Shown here one piece after another: positions 29,795-41,608 of a DNA stretch of 64,000 nucleotides. Position 1 is the stretch's first letter; the number at the start of each line of letters is the position of its first letter. This DNA is from an uncultured bacterium (lineage in GTDB: Bacteria > Krumholzibacteriota > Krumholzibacteriia > LZORAL124-64-63), in contig CAVSGO010000007.1 of NCBI GenBank assembly GCA_963727525.1, positions 320,001 to 384,000 on the forward strand, in the 5' to 3' direction. Made by a program: the position numbers and the translations under genes. The notes under the pieces were generated by a model. The model worked only from the letters and a program-made list of their open reading frames with translations. It had not been told where the DNA came from and did no database searches.

Positions 29795-32302
29795 TCACGG
29801 TGCCTTGCGGCGATCGATGGTGTCGCGGACGGCCTTCAGCAGCGCCTCGCGTGCGTACGGTTTCTTGATGATCGCCATGTCGGCGCCGGGGGCGAAGTCG
29901 GCCTGGACGGCGTCCTCGCTGTACCCGCTCGAGAAGAGCACCGGCACGTCGGCGCGGATCGCGCGCATCTGCTCGAAGCTCTCCTGACCGCCCAGCTTGG
30001 GCATCACCACGTCGAGGATCACGAGGCCGAGATCCGCGGCGTGCTGGCGGAAGACCGTCACCGCCTCCTCGCCATCGCGGGCCTCGATCACGCGGTAGCC
30101 GCTGCGCTCGAGCACCACGCGCGTGAGCGCCCGGACCGCGTGGTCGTCCTCGGCCACGAGCACTGTCTCGTTGCCGGCGACGACGGGTTCCGCGACGGCC
30201 GCGTCGCGTCGCTGGGCAGGTCGTTCGCTCACCGGCAGATAGACCGCGAAGGCCGTCCCCCGACCAGGCTCGCTGGTGGCCTTCACCATGCCGTCGTGCT
30301 GGCTGACGATGCCGTACACGGTCGACAGGCCGAGACCCGTGCCGTGGCCCGGCGCCTTGGTGCTGAAGAAGGGCTCGAATATCCGCTGCAGGGTGGCGTT
30401 GTCCATGCCAAGGCCGGAATCTTTCACGCGCAGCAGCACGTACCGGCCGGGTCGGGCCGGGCCCTGGGTTTCGCAGGTCCCCGGGTCGAGCGTCACGGTC
30501 TCGGTGGCGATCGTCAGCACGCCGCCGTCGGGCATCGCGTCGCGGGCATTGACGCAGAGATTCATGAGGATCTGCTCGACCATGCTCACGTCGGCGTGCA
30601 CCGTGGCCAGACCTTCCGCAGGATGGAATTCGAGGCGGATATGCTCGCCGATCACACGCTCGAGCATCGCCAGGAGGCCGCGAATGGTGTCGTTGAGGTC
30701 CAGGTCGACGGGATCGATGAACTGGCGGCGGCTGAAGGCGAGGAGCTGGCTGACGAGTGCGGCCGCCCGGTTGCCGGCCTTCGTGATCTGGTTGATGGCG
30801 GTGCGAACCGGGCTGTTCGGTTCGAGGTCGACCAGCGCCAGCTCCGCGTAGCCGTTGATCACCTGGAGCAAGTTGTTGAAGTCGTGGGCCACGCCACCGG
30901 CGAGCTGTCCGACGGCTTCCATCTTCTGGGCTTGCCGGAGCTGTTCGGAGAGTTGCTCGCGCTCGGTCTCGGCGTTCTTGCGGTCGGTGATGTCCAGATG
31001 GGTGCCACACATGCGTCGGGCGGTGCCGTCGGCGTCGCGCTCGATGACCTTGCCGCGGTCGAGGACCCAGATCCAGCGCCCCGACTTGTGGCGCAAGCGG
31101 TGCTCGGCGGCGTAGAACGGCGTGCGGCCGTTGACGTGGTCGCCGAGCACACGGTCGACCCGTGCGGCGTCCTCGGGATGGATGAGTTGCCGCCAGAAAC
31201 GGCTCGACGGCTCGACCTCGGCGAGTTCATAGCCGAGCATCGCGGCCCAGCGCTCGTCGAACACTGCCTCGTCGGTGTCGATTCGCCAGTCCCACATGCC
31301 GAGCTCCGCCCCGGCGAGGGCGAGCTGGAGACGCTCCTCGTGTATCCGGTGGGCCTGCTCGGCCCGTTCGCGTTCTGTGACGTCGCTGGCGAGGCAGGCG
31401 AACTTCCCGGGCGCCGGGCGGTAGGCGGTGATCTCGAAGCTACGGCCCAGGCCGCGGTGATATTCGACGAAGTGGGTCGGCTCGCCCGTGAGCGCGACGC
31501 GTCCGTACTGCTCGATCCAGCTCACTTCGGTATCCGGCAGGATCTCGCGGACGGTGTGCCCGATGATCGCATCGGCGGTCAATCCTGTCATCTTCTCGAA
31601 GGCGCCGTTGACGGCCAGGAACCGGTAGTCGACCGGTTTTCCCGAGGCGTCGCAGATGATCTCGTGGAGGGCGAAGGCGCCGTGCATCGACTGGAAGAGG
31701 AGTTGGTAGCTGCGTTCCATCTCCTTGCGTGCCGTGATGTCGCGCACGCTGTTGAGCAGGCGCGGCTGACCGCCAACGACCACGGGCCGCACATTGATCT
31801 CCACGAGGATCTCGCGGCCGTCCCGGCGCCGGTGGCGGCGCTCCATGTGCAATCCTTGCTTCGTGGCTTCGCGCAGGAGGGCGGAGACGTCGTCGCGGGA
31901 ACCGTCGGCCGCGACGTGCGCGATCGTGAGTTGCAGGAGGGCCTCCGGCGAGTAGCCGTACAGGGTGCTGGCCGCCGCATTGGCGTCGAGGATCCGGCCG
32001 TCGAGGTCGAGCAGGAAGAGGGCCTCCGGCACGGCCTCGATGATCTCGCGCAGCCGCAACTCGTTGGACAGCAGCTTCTTCTCGGCATTCCGGGTGAGGA
32101 AGAACACGAGGAGCGCGCTGGCGGTGACGAAGCAGAGCCCCTTGAGCGTTTGGGCGCGGGCCAGGGATCCGAAGTCGGGAAACAGACCGGTCACGATGCG
32201 GTCGGAAGCGAGGATCCAGAGTGCACTGAAGATGATGTATATGAGCGCGATGCGATGCGCATTCCAGCGTCCGGCCAAGATCTCACCCTCCGTCTTTATC
32301 AC
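29795..32302 (-). CDS. Hybrid sensor histidine kinase with multiple PAS domains and a REC domain
   Basis: Two N-terminal TM helices, three PAS domains, [44 protein letters not shown]. Confidence 0.93.
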   Translation of the reverse strand: MIKTEGEILAGRWNAHRIALIYIIFSALWILASDRIVTGLFPDFGSLARAQTLKGLCFVTASALLVFFLTRNAEKKLLSNELRLREIIEAVPEALFLLDLDGRILDANAAASTLYGYSPEALLQLTIAHVAADGSRDDVSALLREATKQGLHMERRHRRRDGREILVEINVRPVVVGGQPRLLNSVRDITARKEMERSYQLLFQSMHGAFALHEIICDASGKPVDYRFLAVNGAFEKMTGLTADAIIGHTVREILPDTEVSWIEQYGRVALTGEPTHFVEYHRGLGRSFEITAYRPAPGKFACLASDVTERERAEQAHRIHEERLQLALAGAELGMWDWRIDTDEAVFDERWAAMLGYELAEVEPSSRFWRQLIHPEDAARVDRVLGDHVNGRTPFYAAEHRLRHKSGRWIWVLDRGKVIERDADGTARRMCGTHLDITDRKNAETEREQLSEQLRQAQKMEAVGQLAGGVAHDFNNLLQVINGYAELALVDLEPNSPVRTAINQITKAGNRAAALVSQLLAFSRRQFIDPVDLDLNDTIRGLLAMLERVIGEHIRLEFHPAEGLATVHADVSMVEQILMNLCVNARDAMPDGGVLTIATETVTLDPGTCETQGPARPGRYVLLRVKDSGLGMDNATLQRIFEPFFSTKAPGHGTGLGLSTVYGIVSQHDGMVKATSEPGRGTAFAVYLPVSERPAQRRDAAVAEPVVAGNETVLVAEDDHAVRALTRVVLERSGYRVIEARDGEEAVTVFRQHAADLGLVILDVVMPKLGGQESFEQMRAIRADVPVLFSSGYSEDAVQADFAPGADMAIIKKPYAREALLKAVRDTIDRRKAP

Positions 32303-32480
32303 CGCCGCGTGACGAATCTAGCACGATCACCCGGAAACGACCACGGATTCCCCCGGGCAACGGGAGGCCCGGGATCGAGGAGATATTGACTCCCACTACC
32401 GGGGCCCTTAGGATCCGGGCCGGCGGGAGCCACGGTCAGCGGCTCAGCGAAACCCGGCGGGAACGAGGACGCGGTTGACG

Positions 32481-34601
32481 ATGGCACGTGCGCGCACAGG
32501 GATGGCGAGCGTCGGTGTCGGATTGGCCCTGAGCGCGCTCGTGGCCTGCCGTACCGACACGCCGACGCCGCCGCAAGAAGACGGGGCCACCACCGGCGTA
32601 CTGGACGTGCTCGTTCAGAACGGCGGCGGCCAGGCGATGGCGGGGGCCTCGATCGAGACCCGCCCCGCATCCCGGACCGCCGCGACCGACAGCCTCGGGC
32701 GGGCCATTCTCGCCGACGTTCCGGTCGGTCTCTACAGTGTCTGGGCCGTGGTGTCCTCGGTCGGATCCGGTGTGGCTGTGGCCGAGGTGCGGGGCGATGC
32801 CGTCACCTCCGTCACCGTCACCGTGCAGCCCGGCCAGTTTCCCCAGCCGGCCGCCTTCATCGCCGCCCCGCAGGACAGCACCGCGGTCTCGTACATCGAC
32901 ACACTGACGTTCGTCGGGATCGTCACCGATCTTGCGGATCCGCCCTCCGCAATGCGCGTGCAATGGTGGAGCAACCGGGACGGCCTGCTCGCGGATCTGG
33001 CCGGCACCGCTGATGACGGCACCACCGGATTGACCACGGATCAGCTCAGCCGCGGCTGGCACTGGATCAAGCTCCAGGCAACGAATACGAGTGGGTTCAC
33101 CGGGGCCGACAGCATCCGCGTGGCCATCGTGGCGCGGCCTCCCGTGGCGACCTGTGACACGACGACCGTCGGTTACGCGCCTGGAGAGCTCGCGACCGTG
33201 ACGGCGCATGTGTCGGACCACGAAACCCCCGCGCCGGATCTGATGGCAACGTGGTCGAGCGACCGTGACGGCGATCTGGGCACCACCACTGTGGCGGCCG
33301 ACGGTACAACCCGGCTCGAGACGCGCGACCTGAGCTTCGGCGTGCATGCCATCACCGTCACCGTCACCGACCGGGACACGCTGCAGGCCAGGGCGACGGT
33401 GGCTCTGGTCAACGCACTGCCGCCGCCGCCGCAGGGATTCGTGGCCAGCGCTGCACGCGGCACCGTGTCGCTGTCCTGGCAAGCCACCGCGGCGCCGCGG
33501 TTCGTGCGCTACGAGATCTACCGCCGCGTGGGCGATGGTGTGCCGGCCGAGCTGATCGCGACCATCACCGACGCCGATGCGATGTCGTACACGGATACGC
33601 AGGCGCCGCTCGTCGTCGCAGCCGACTACGATCTGCGCGTCATCAACGATCTGGGCTACGTGCGGGCGAGCGCGTGGGTGACGGTGGCCGATCCCGGCGG
33701 TCTGCCGCTGGTCGATCTCCCGGACGATGCCGCGATGGATCCCGGCGGCACCTGGCTCTACCTGCGCACCGGCTCGCGTCTGAGCCAGATCGACCTCGCG
33801 ACGCTGACGCTGGTGGCCGAGACGACCGTGGGCGCCGTGGACGGCTGGCTCACGGTGGCCGATACGGGGGAGGGCGTGGAGGTCGTAGTACCGGGATCCG
33901 ACGGCGAGGTCCGCTTCTACGACGCGAAGATCCTCGCGTCCCATGGGAGCCTCGCCACCGGGCGTCCAGTGCGTAGCGTCGCCGTCGACACCGGAGGCTT
34001 GCTCTACACGTCGGTGCATCCGGCCACGGCCGACGACCTGCCCCTGCGGGTGTATCAGCGCGCCACGGGTTCGCTGATCGACGGCGGCGGCCACCGTGCG
34101 TCGGCGCGCATCTTACGTCTGCATGGCCGCCATGAGGCCGTGGAGATCAGCGTGGGTCAGACACCGGCCGATCTCGACTACTACCGCTTCGATGGGGAGG
34201 GGCACCTGGTCGATCACACCACCAGTCCCGAGACGATGCTCGATGCCGCCGTGATGCGCGTGGCGGAGAACGGCGGCTACCTGATCACCGGCGCGCGCGG
34301 CGCGATTTTCGTCGGGGACAGGAGCCTGGCCTACCGCGGCGACCTCACCGCGACCGAAGGCGCCTACCGGGACTTCGCCACCGTGGCCGACGGGTCCGTG
34401 ATCTACGCCGCCGCCGCGGAGGCCCCGCGGATCGACATCTACCGCTATCCCAACTCCGCGGTGACCGGCACCCGGACCACGCGTTGCCTCCCGGCGGTCA
34501 TCCTGCGCCACGGCGATGAGTTGGTGGTCGTGGGGACGCTCGCGCAGCCCTCGGGCGCGGCGACCGCCGGGGTCGAGGTCGTCCCCCTTTCCGGCGACTG
34601 A
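32481..34601 (+). CDS. Putative lipoprotein with carboxypeptidase-regulatory-like, Ig-like (WxSxRDG twice), FN3-like and beta-propeller regions
   Basis: Lipobox-like ALVAC; repeated WWSNRDG / WSSDRDG; VSLSW...YEIYRR; propeller-like C-terminal half. Confidence 0.7.
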   Translation: MARARTGMASVGVGLALSALVACRTDTPTPPQEDGATTGVLDVLVQNGGGQAMAGASIETRPASRTAATDSLGRAILADVPVGLYSVWAVVSSVGSGVAVAEVRGDAVTSVTVTVQPGQFPQPAAFIAAPQDSTAVSYIDTLTFVGIVTDLADPPSAMRVQWWSNRDGLLADLAGTADDGTTGLTTDQLSRGWHWIKLQATNTSGFTGADSIRVAIVARPPVATCDTTTVGYAPGELATVTAHVSDHETPAPDLMATWSSDRDGDLGTTTVAADGTTRLETRDLSFGVHAITVTVTDRDTLQARATVALVNALPPPPQGFVASAARGTVSLSWQATAAPRFVRYEIYRRVGDGVPAELIATITDADAMSYTDTQAPLVVAADYDLRVINDLGYVRASAWVTVADPGGLPLVDLPDDAAMDPGGTWLYLRTGSRLSQIDLATLTLVAETTVGAVDGWLTVADTGEGVEVVVPGSDGEVRFYDAKILASHGSLATGRPVRSVAVDTGGLLYTSVHPATADDLPLRVYQRATGSLIDGGGHRASARILRLHGRHEAVEISVGQTPADLDYYRFDGEGHLVDHTTSPETMLDAAVMRVAENGGYLITGARGAIFVGDRSLAYRGDLTATEGAYRDFATVADGSVIYAAAAEAPRIDIYRYPNSAVTGTRTTRCLPAVILRHGDELVVVGTLAQPSGAATAGVEVVPLSGD

Positions 34602-34666
34602 TTCTCGATTTCGCATTCCCTCGCCTCGATTCCCCATTCTGATCCCTTTCGAGAAACGACGCCGAC

Positions 34667-34681
34667 TGGCACGCGCCTTGA
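34667..34681 (+). promoter_or_regulatory. Possible sigma54 (-24/-12) promoter upstream of the giant surface-protein operon
   Basis: TGGCACG-CGCC-TTGA, one mismatch to TGGCACG-N4-TTGC, 140 nt upstream of ATG 34821. Confidence 0.4.
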
Positions 34682-34820
34682 GGAAGGTGTGCAGGATCTG
34701 GGGACCGGCACACGGCAAACCCACATTCTCAACGGTTCTCGACGGTCGGCGTTCGCGAAATGCGGCGCGACCGCGACGACGAATCGCAAAACGCAAGCGT
34801 ACAGGGGATCGAGAGCACCC

Positions 34821-37800
34821 ATGAAGACACCCGAGCGCATCCTCCAGGGATTGATCTTGCTGGCCGTCGCGGTGGGCCTGCCTGCCGCCGCCCTGGCCTT
34901 CGATCACCTCGAGATCACGGTGGTCAATCCTCACATCGTGGCCGGAAGACCGGCGGTGACCGTGCAGACGCCCTTCAGCGTCCAGGTGCGCGCCGTCAAT
35001 GGTGACGGTTCCACGGACACCAATGCCGACTTCATCAACGCCCAGCTGCAGTCGCCTGACGTGGCCGCCAATCTTCCGGCGTCCGCGTATCTGCAGAACG
35101 GTGAGCGGCAGTTCGACGGGGTCACCTTCCTAGCGCCGGGACAGCCGGTGCGCCTGCGTGTGTTCGACGCCGACGACGCCTCGGTGCCGACGGCCGAGGT
35201 GCAGATCAACTGCTACAACTTCGTGCACCACTTCCAGATTGCGGTGCCAACGGGCAACAAGTACGTCGACCAGGCCGTGAACGTCACCATCACCGCCCTC
35301 GATCAGGCGGGCGGCACGGTGCTGAACTACCGCGACGACGTCGTACTGACCGCACTCGTCGGCCATTTCAGCACCGGACCCAGTATCACGGTGTCGGGCC
35401 TGTCGTTCGCCAACGGCCAGGTCACGGTGCCGGTGACATTCTGGGGCACCGATCCAGTGACGCGCGAGAATACGCTCACGGCCACCGCCACTGTGATGTA
35501 TCCCGGCCAGACGACGCCGGCCGTGGGCAGCGCCGTGGTGTCGCCCCTGCTGCCTGGCCCGCTATCCGACATCATGCTGCTACTGCCGGGCGAGACGCTG
35601 ACACCCGGCGTGAGTCCCGGCAAGTCGGGCACGCCGAACTCCCAGACCTCGGGTGCGAGCTTTGGCGGTATCCGGGTCTACGCCACGGACCAGCGCTGGA
35701 ATCCCGTGATGAGCGGCCCGTATCCGAGCATCGGCTGGAGCAGTGACGATCCGGACGCCGGGGTCGTGCTCCCGCCTGCGGCCGTGATGGTCGGCAACCC
35801 GGAGACGAGCTACACCGCCACCCTGATCCGCTCCGGCACAACCCGCGTGACCGCCGACGCGTCGGGGGCGGTCAGCGCCAACAGCCGCAGCGATGTGGTG
35901 ATCAATCCCGAGGGCCTCGATCACTTCGAGTTCGATACTGGCATCTGGAATCCGACGGATGTGCAGATCACCACGATCCCGTTCAATATCCGCGTCATCG
36001 CGCGCGACTCCAACGGCAACGTCTTTCCCCTGAACGGCCAGGTGAGCCTGCGCGTCCGTATCGGCACGAGCGACGAGAGCGCCGACTACATCATCACGAA
36101 CAACTCCACGTTCCACAACGGCCAGCTCGACGCGCTGATCCAGGTGACCAAGCGCGGATTCTCGGCGCGCATCATCGTGGACAGCGGCGTGGTGGGCGAG
36201 TCGCCGACGTTCCAGGTGAACAACGGCCCCTGCGAGAAGATCCTGATGACCTTCCCGGGCGAGACCTGGGTGAACGGACTCAACGATCCCACCTTCGGGG
36301 GCAATCAGGGCGTGCCCAATGCGGTGGTCGCGGGTTCCATCATCACGCCGGTGACGATCCGTCCGGTCGACCGTTTCAACAACCTCGCGCCGGGTAACCG
36401 CAACGTGACATTCACCTGCCCGACCGGCTGGTTCCAGCTCCCCGACTATCCCGGCAACATCGTCGCCATTTCCAACCCGACCGATATCCGCGTGGTCTTC
36501 CGCACCGCGGTGGGCGCGCAGGTGCTGCGTGCGCAGTCGAGCGGCATCACGGCGAACAACTCGAGCCAGGTGACGGTGGCCCCGGCGGCGTGGAACCGCA
36601 TCGTGGTGCAGGCCCCGGGCGAGACACTGTCGCCGGGCATCTTCGACAGCGTCGAGGACGACGGCAAGCTCGGCGATCCGTCGTCCCAGGACGCCGGCGT
36701 GCCCTTCAACGTGCGCGTGTACGCCACGGACGACTACTGGAACCCCGTGAGCGACAGCTCGCCGGCGCTGCCCATGAGCGTCGACTTCACGAGCAGCGAC
36801 GCGCTGGCGATACTGCCGAGCAACCCGCAGACGCTCAACGACAACGTGGGCGATTTCCAGGTGGCCCTCGTCACCCTGGCCGACCCGAACCGGCAGACCA
36901 TCGAGGTGACCGACCGCCTCACCGGCCACGGTGCGTACACCACGATTCCCGTGCGCGCGGGCGTGATCGATCACTTCGACATCGGCGTCAACAATCATTC
37001 CAATCCCACGCCGGGCGATGTTCTCGATCCGATTCCCGACCATCGCGCCGGAAGCTGGTTGCCCAACGTCACGATCATCGCGCGCGACGTGTTCGGGAAC
37101 CACATCTCCGACTACACCGACGATGTGACGCTGTGGGTGAGCCACGGCACCGGCATACTCACGCCGACCAGTGTCGACATGGGTGCCGGTCTCGGAAGCG
37201 GCACCTACCAGGGCGCCTGGCGCGGACCGATCCAGATCACGCGATCAGGCGTGGACGTGCGGTTATTCGTGCGGGAGGAGACGTACGCTCACACCGACAG
37301 TTCGAACACGTTCACGGTCTTCGCCCAGGCCCAGGACTACGCGAAGATGCTGGTGCTGCTTCCCGGTGAGACGCCGACGCCCGGCATCTTGCCCGGCAAG
37401 GTGGGTACGCCGCTGCCTGTGCAGGCCGGCGACCCCGTGCACGCCACGGTCATGGCTACCGATGCCTGGTTCAACCTGGTGCCGGCGCGGCCGCAAGCGC
37501 ACTTCGCCGACAGCGGCTTCTTCCAGATGGTCACGCCGAACGATCAGGTGCTCGACCCTGATGGCACCGGCGAGATGGACCTCTACTTCAAGAGTGCCGC
37601 GTCGCACGACCTGCGGGTGAACGACCTCGTGACCCCGGCGATCGCCGACACGTCGACGATCTCGGTCACGGCGGGCGCCTTCGACCGCTTGATGGTCCTG
37701 CTGCCTGGCGAGACTCCGCAGCCGGGCGGACCCGAGTCCGACGGCAAGATCGGTACGCCGGCGCCGCAGACGGCCAGCCTCGAGTTCGATGTGCACATCC

Positions 37801-40800
37801 TGGGGACCGACCAGTTCTGGAACCTGGTGACCAATGCCGCCGAGCACGTGCACCTGGCCAGCGACGACGGCTCGCTCACGCCGACCAACCCGCTGAACAA
37901 CGATCAGCCCCTCGTCAGCGGCGAGATCGTCATGCCTATCTACCTCACGTCGCCGGGCTTCGTGACCCTGGCGGGATCGGCCCTCGACCATACCGATATC
38001 ACCGGACAGCAGGTGACGCTGCAGGTGGAGCAGGGGGCGATGTACCAGATCGACACGCCGGCGACGGCCTATGTCGGTCCGCCGAGCAACTTCTCTGTCA
38101 CGATCTCGCTGGTGGACGAGTTTGGCGTGCCCATGCCCGCCGCGAACAATTGGGTCACCATCGAGGCCTTGCGCAGCAACCTCGAGCCGGCTAGCAGCAC
38201 CCTGCAGGTCACCAGCGCGCAGCTCGTGAACGGCACGGTGACGATCGCCGATGAAGCTTACAACACGGTCGAGGACATCGTTGTGCGTATCACCGACATC
38301 TCGGGGCGCACCAGCTACAGCTCGACGATCCAGATGCTGGCCAACGGCCTGGAGTACGTCGTCTCCGCCGGCGGCACGACGCCGCGGGTAGGACCGCCGG
38401 CCACGTTCCCGGTGGCCGTCGTCTTGCGCGACGTGGACACTCATACCGTGATCGACGACGACCGCCGCATCTACGTGGGCGTGAACTCGTCGCTGGGCGG
38501 CCCCGGTCAGGGCGTCGTGGGTGTGGTGAGCCAGCGGCTCGACCATGGCGTGGTGGCGTTCCAGCAGAGCTACACTCGGGCCGAGAACATCTACGTGACG
38601 ATCCAGGACACGACGGGTCTGGATGGGTCGAGTCCCGTGTTCGCCGTCCGTCCCGACGGCTACAAACGTCTCCAGCTCGTGGCGCCCGGCGAGGTGGTGC
38701 AGGCTGGCGTACCGGCCTTCGAGGAGACAGGCAAGTCGGGCATGCCTACCACGCAACGCTCGGGCGAGCCCTTCCCGATGACCGCACGCGCCGTCGATCA
38801 GTACTGGAACCTTGCCGACACCACGAGCGTGGGCATCCTGCGCCTCGTGGCGAGCGACGGATCGTTCAGCGAGGACGGCAACCCCGAAGAAAACTACGTG
38901 CCGTTCATCAATGGCCGGCGCACCTTCAATGGCTATCTCACCGACGAGGGTACGGTGGATGTGACGGTGTACGACGAGCAGGATCTCAACAAACCGTCGC
39001 AGACCACCCACGTGCCGGTGGATCCGCCTTACGAGTACGAGATCACCGTCCCGGCGCAGGCGAGCACGGGACCGGTGCCAGGCTTCCAGGTGACGGTGAA
39101 GCTCGTGGATCCGGTCACCGGCAACGTCGTGCCCACGGCGATGAACCGCTTCCGGCTCATGCCGCTGCTGCCCAATCATGGCGCGGCCAACGGAGTGCTT
39201 GGCACCGTGGAGGGCCAGCTCGTCGGTGGCGTGTGCGTGATCAACCAGCAGAGCTACAGCACGGTCGAGGACATCATCATCCGCGTGGATGACGATTACG
39301 GCCGCGAAGCGTTCAGCTCCGTCATCGAGATGGACAGTGGCGGCCTCTACTACGCGGTGTCGATACCCGATAGTGCCCTGGTCGGACCGCCGGAGACGTT
39401 CAACCTGCGGGTCGAGCTGATCGACAGCAATACCGGCCAGCGCGTCACGACGCAGGATCGTCTGTTCACCATCCAGGTCATGAGCGCCCAGACCGGGCTG
39501 CCGGGCGCGGGCCACCTCGAGGTGTCGCAGGGCATCCTGCAGGCGGGGCTGCGCAACGTGGCCGAGGCCTATAGCCGTTCCGAGGATATCTTCGTCGCCG
39601 TGAGCGACACCTTCGGCGTGACCGGGCTCTCCAACACCTGCCGCATGCTCGCCGACGGGTTCAAACGCATCCAGATCGTGGCGCCGGGCGAGACGCCGGC
39701 GCCCGGCGCGCAGACCGGCACGGGCAAGACCGGCACGCCGCTGACGCAGCAGGCGGAGGTGCCGTTCACCGTGGTCGTGCGCGCTGTCGACCAGTACTGG
39801 AACCTCGTGCGCACGATCGACGACGGCGCCATCCACCTGGCCAGCAGCGGGGGCAACCTTGACATCGTCGATGCCGACGACGTGGACGCGCCGTTCATCG
39901 GCGGCAGCCGCGACATCGGCATCGTGCTCGGCGACCCGGGCCTGGTCTCGGTCTTCGCCACCGACGCGGTGCACGCCGAGGTCAGCTCGGGCCGTGTGGA
40001 CGTACCGGTGAACGAGGCCGAGTACCGCGTGATCCTGCCCTCGCCGGCGGTGGTCACGGCCGGCCCGCCCGCCACGTTCACGCTCACCGTGCGGCTGGTG
40101 AACCCGCTCACGGAGGAGCGGATCAACGCCGGCGGTCAGTTCGAGATGTCAGCGTTGCGGCCCGATCGCTCCGCCGCCACGTCCCAGCTCGGCATCACCG
40201 CCGGCACGCTCGTGGGCGGGGAGGCCGTGATCAGCGGCGAATCATATGCCGCGAGCGAGCCGATCGTGGTGCGGGTCCGCGACACCCGCGGGCGCACCTC
40301 GTACAGCGACGTGCTCACCGTCGTACCGGAAGGCGTTCGTTACGCGGTGGACATGCCCGACAGCGTGATCGCGGGCGAGAGCTTCGAGATGTCGGTGCAG
40401 CGCATCGACATCGTCACTGGACAGCTCGTGACCAGCGACGATCGTACCTTCGTGCTCACGGCCTTCAGCGGTAACTCGCCGCGTCCGAACCCTGCGCTGC
40501 AGCCGGCGGGCATCCTCGCCGACACGGTGGGGACCACCTTGAATGGCGTGAAGGTGTTCGCGCACCAGTCCTACGATCGGGCAGAACCGATCTTCTTCAA
40601 GGTGTCGGATGATACCGGCGAGCAGTATTTCACGGGTGTGATGAACGTGCTGCCGGCGCCGGTCTCGGTGTGTGAACTCAGCGCCGAGGACGTGCCGGGC
40701 CACGAGCTCGATCGCCCGCTGCGGCCCGCGGACCTCGTGTACTTGCAGGTGCGCACCACGGACCGTTGCGGCAACGCCGTGGCCAACCTGCCCATCACCT

Positions 40801-41585
40801 TCGACGTGCTCGATGGTGACGGTGGACTCGGTTCCGTGCGCGCCGCCTCGGCGTCGTTGCCGGCCGACGTCGACGGGCACGCGACCTGCCAGCTCCACGT
40901 GAGCAACTTCGGCAGCGCTGATCTCATGGTGCAGGCGCACGCCGGCGACGCCTACTCGCAGGTGCTGCAGCTCGACGTCCAGGGGCCGCCAATCACCGCG
41001 CTCGAGCTGAACCCGGACGCCACGACCTTCAGCGACGGCTACTACGTGCTACCGGGCACCCGGATCACGCTTGCCACGCGCGTGGTGGGGCCGGATCCGG
41101 TACAGGGCGTGTGGTTCGACGTCGACGTGACCGATACGCCGCGTCCCGGCACCCTGTACGCCGGCGCCTTCAGCCTGGAGTCGCTGGGTGGTGATGCGGC
41201 GCAGCCCGGTGTGCACGTGCTGCGGTTCTTCGCCGAGGAGACCGGAGGCGTGGCCGAGGCGGTGAAGTCCGTGACGCTGTACACGGCGGCCGCCATGACC
41301 ACGGACAGGCAGATCACCAACCGGCCGAATCCGTTCCATGCGGGACGCGAGTCGACCGTCATCCTCTTCAAGCCGGCCGCATCGGGCCCGGTCTCCGTCA
41401 CCATCTACGACCTCTACGGTGATGTGGTACGGACCGACCAGCTCTCGGGGCAGGCCGGCGTGGACAACCAGTACGTCTGGGACGGCCGCAATGGCGATGG
41501 TCGCATCGTCGGCAACGGCGGCTATATCTGCCGCGTGCAAGGCAGCGGCTATGACCTGCGCCGCAAGATCGCGGTGGTGAAGTGA
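34821..41585 (+). CDS. Giant (2254 aa) secreted repeat-rich Ig-like surface protein with FlgD-Ig/T9SS-like CTD
   Basis: Signal peptide MKTPERIL...ALA; seven 'PGE..PG..GKxGxP...A(T/V)DxxWN' repeats; six 'Y..P..VGPP..F' repeats; C-terminal NRPNPF...TIYDLYG...WDGRNGDG...RKIAVVK. Confidence 0.85.
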   Translation: MKTPERILQGLILLAVAVGLPAAALAFDHLEITVVNPHIVAGRPAVTVQTPFSVQVRAVNGDGSTDTNADFINAQLQSPDVAANLPASAYLQNGERQFDGVTFLAPGQPVRLRVFDADDASVPTAEVQINCYNFVHHFQIAVPTGNKYVDQAVNVTITALDQAGGTVLNYRDDVVLTALVGHFSTGPSITVSGLSFANGQVTVPVTFWGTDPVTRENTLTATATVMYPGQTTPAVGSAVVSPLLPGPLSDIMLLLPGETLTPGVSPGKSGTPNSQTSGASFGGIRVYATDQRWNPVMSGPYPSIGWSSDDPDAGVVLPPAAVMVGNPETSYTATLIRSGTTRVTADASGAVSANSRSDVVINPEGLDHFEFDTGIWNPTDVQITTIPFNIRVIARDSNGNVFPLNGQVSLRVRIGTSDESADYIITNNSTFHNGQLDALIQVTKRGFSARIIVDSGVVGESPTFQVNNGPCEKILMTFPGETWVNGLNDPTFGGNQGVPNAVVAGSIITPVTIRPVDRFNNLAPGNRNVTFTCPTGWFQLPDYPGNIVAISNPTDIRVVFRTAVGAQVLRAQSSGITANNSSQVTVAPAAWNRIVVQAPGETLSPGIFDSVEDDGKLGDPSSQDAGVPFNVRVYATDDYWNPVSDSSPALPMSVDFTSSDALAILPSNPQTLNDNVGDFQVALVTLADPNRQTIEVTDRLTGHGAYTTIPVRAGVIDHFDIGVNNHSNPTPGDVLDPIPDHRAGSWLPNVTIIARDVFGNHISDYTDDVTLWVSHGTGILTPTSVDMGAGLGSGTYQGAWRGPIQITRSGVDVRLFVREETYAHTDSSNTFTVFAQAQDYAKMLVLLPGETPTPGILPGKVGTPLPVQAGDPVHATVMATDAWFNLVPARPQAHFADSGFFQMVTPNDQVLDPDGTGEMDLYFKSAASHDLRVNDLVTPAIADTSTISVTAGAFDRLMVLLPGETPQPGGPESDGKIGTPAPQTASLEFDVHILGTDQFWNLVTNAAEHVHLASDDGSLTPTNPLNNDQPLVSGEIVMPIYLTSPGFVTLAGSALDHTDITGQQVTLQVEQGAMYQIDTPATAYVGPPSNFSVTISLVDEFGVPMPAANNWVTIEALRSNLEPASSTLQVTSAQLVNGTVTIADEAYNTVEDIVVRITDISGRTSYSSTIQMLANGLEYVVSAGGTTPRVGPPATFPVAVVLRDVDTHTVIDDDRRIYVGVNSSLGGPGQGVVGVVSQRLDHGVVAFQQSYTRAENIYVTIQDTTGLDGSSPVFAVRPDGYKRLQLVAPGEVVQAGVPAFEETGKSGMPTTQRSGEPFPMTARAVDQYWNLADTTSVGILRLVASDGSFSEDGNPEENYVPFINGRRTFNGYLTDEGTVDVTVYDEQDLNKPSQTTHVPVDPPYEYEITVPAQASTGPVPGFQVTVKLVDPVTGNVVPTAMNRFRLMPLLPNHGAANGVLGTVEGQLVGGVCVINQQSYSTVEDIIIRVDDDYGREAFSSVIEMDSGGLYYAVSIPDSALVGPPETFNLRVELIDSNTGQRVTTQDRLFTIQVMSAQTGLPGAGHLEVSQGILQAGLRNVAEAYSRSEDIFVAVSDTFGVTGLSNTCRMLADGFKRIQIVAPGETPAPGAQTGTGKTGTPLTQQAEVPFTVVVRAVDQYWNLVRTIDDGAIHLASSGGNLDIVDADDVDAPFIGGSRDIGIVLGDPGLVSVFATDAVHAEVSSGRVDVPVNEAEYRVILPSPAVVTAGPPATFTLTVRLVNPLTEERINAGGQFEMSALRPDRSAATSQLGITAGTLVGGEAVISGESYAASEPIVVRVRDTRGRTSYSDVLTVVPEGVRYAVDMPDSVIAGESFEMSVQRIDIVTGQLVTSDDRTFVLTAFSGNSPRPNPALQPAGILADTVGTTLNGVKVFAHQSYDRAEPIFFKVSDDTGEQYFTGVMNVLPAPVSVCELSAEDVPGHELDRPLRPADLVYLQVRTTDRCGNAVANLPITFDVLDGDGGLGSVRAASASLPADVDGHATCQLHVSNFGSADLMVQAHAGDAYSQVLQLDVQGPPITALELNPDATTFSDGYYVLPGTRITLATRVVGPDPVQGVWFDVDVTDTPRPGTLYAGAFSLESLGGDAAQPGVHVLRFFAEETGGVAEAVKSVTLYTAAAMTTDRQITNRPNPFHAGRESTVILFKPAASGPVSVTIYDLYGDVVRTDQLSGQAGVDNQYVWDGRNGDGRIVGNGGYICRVQGSGYDLRRKIAVVK

Positions 41586-41608
41586 TGCAGCGTACGACCG
41601 GAGGCACG

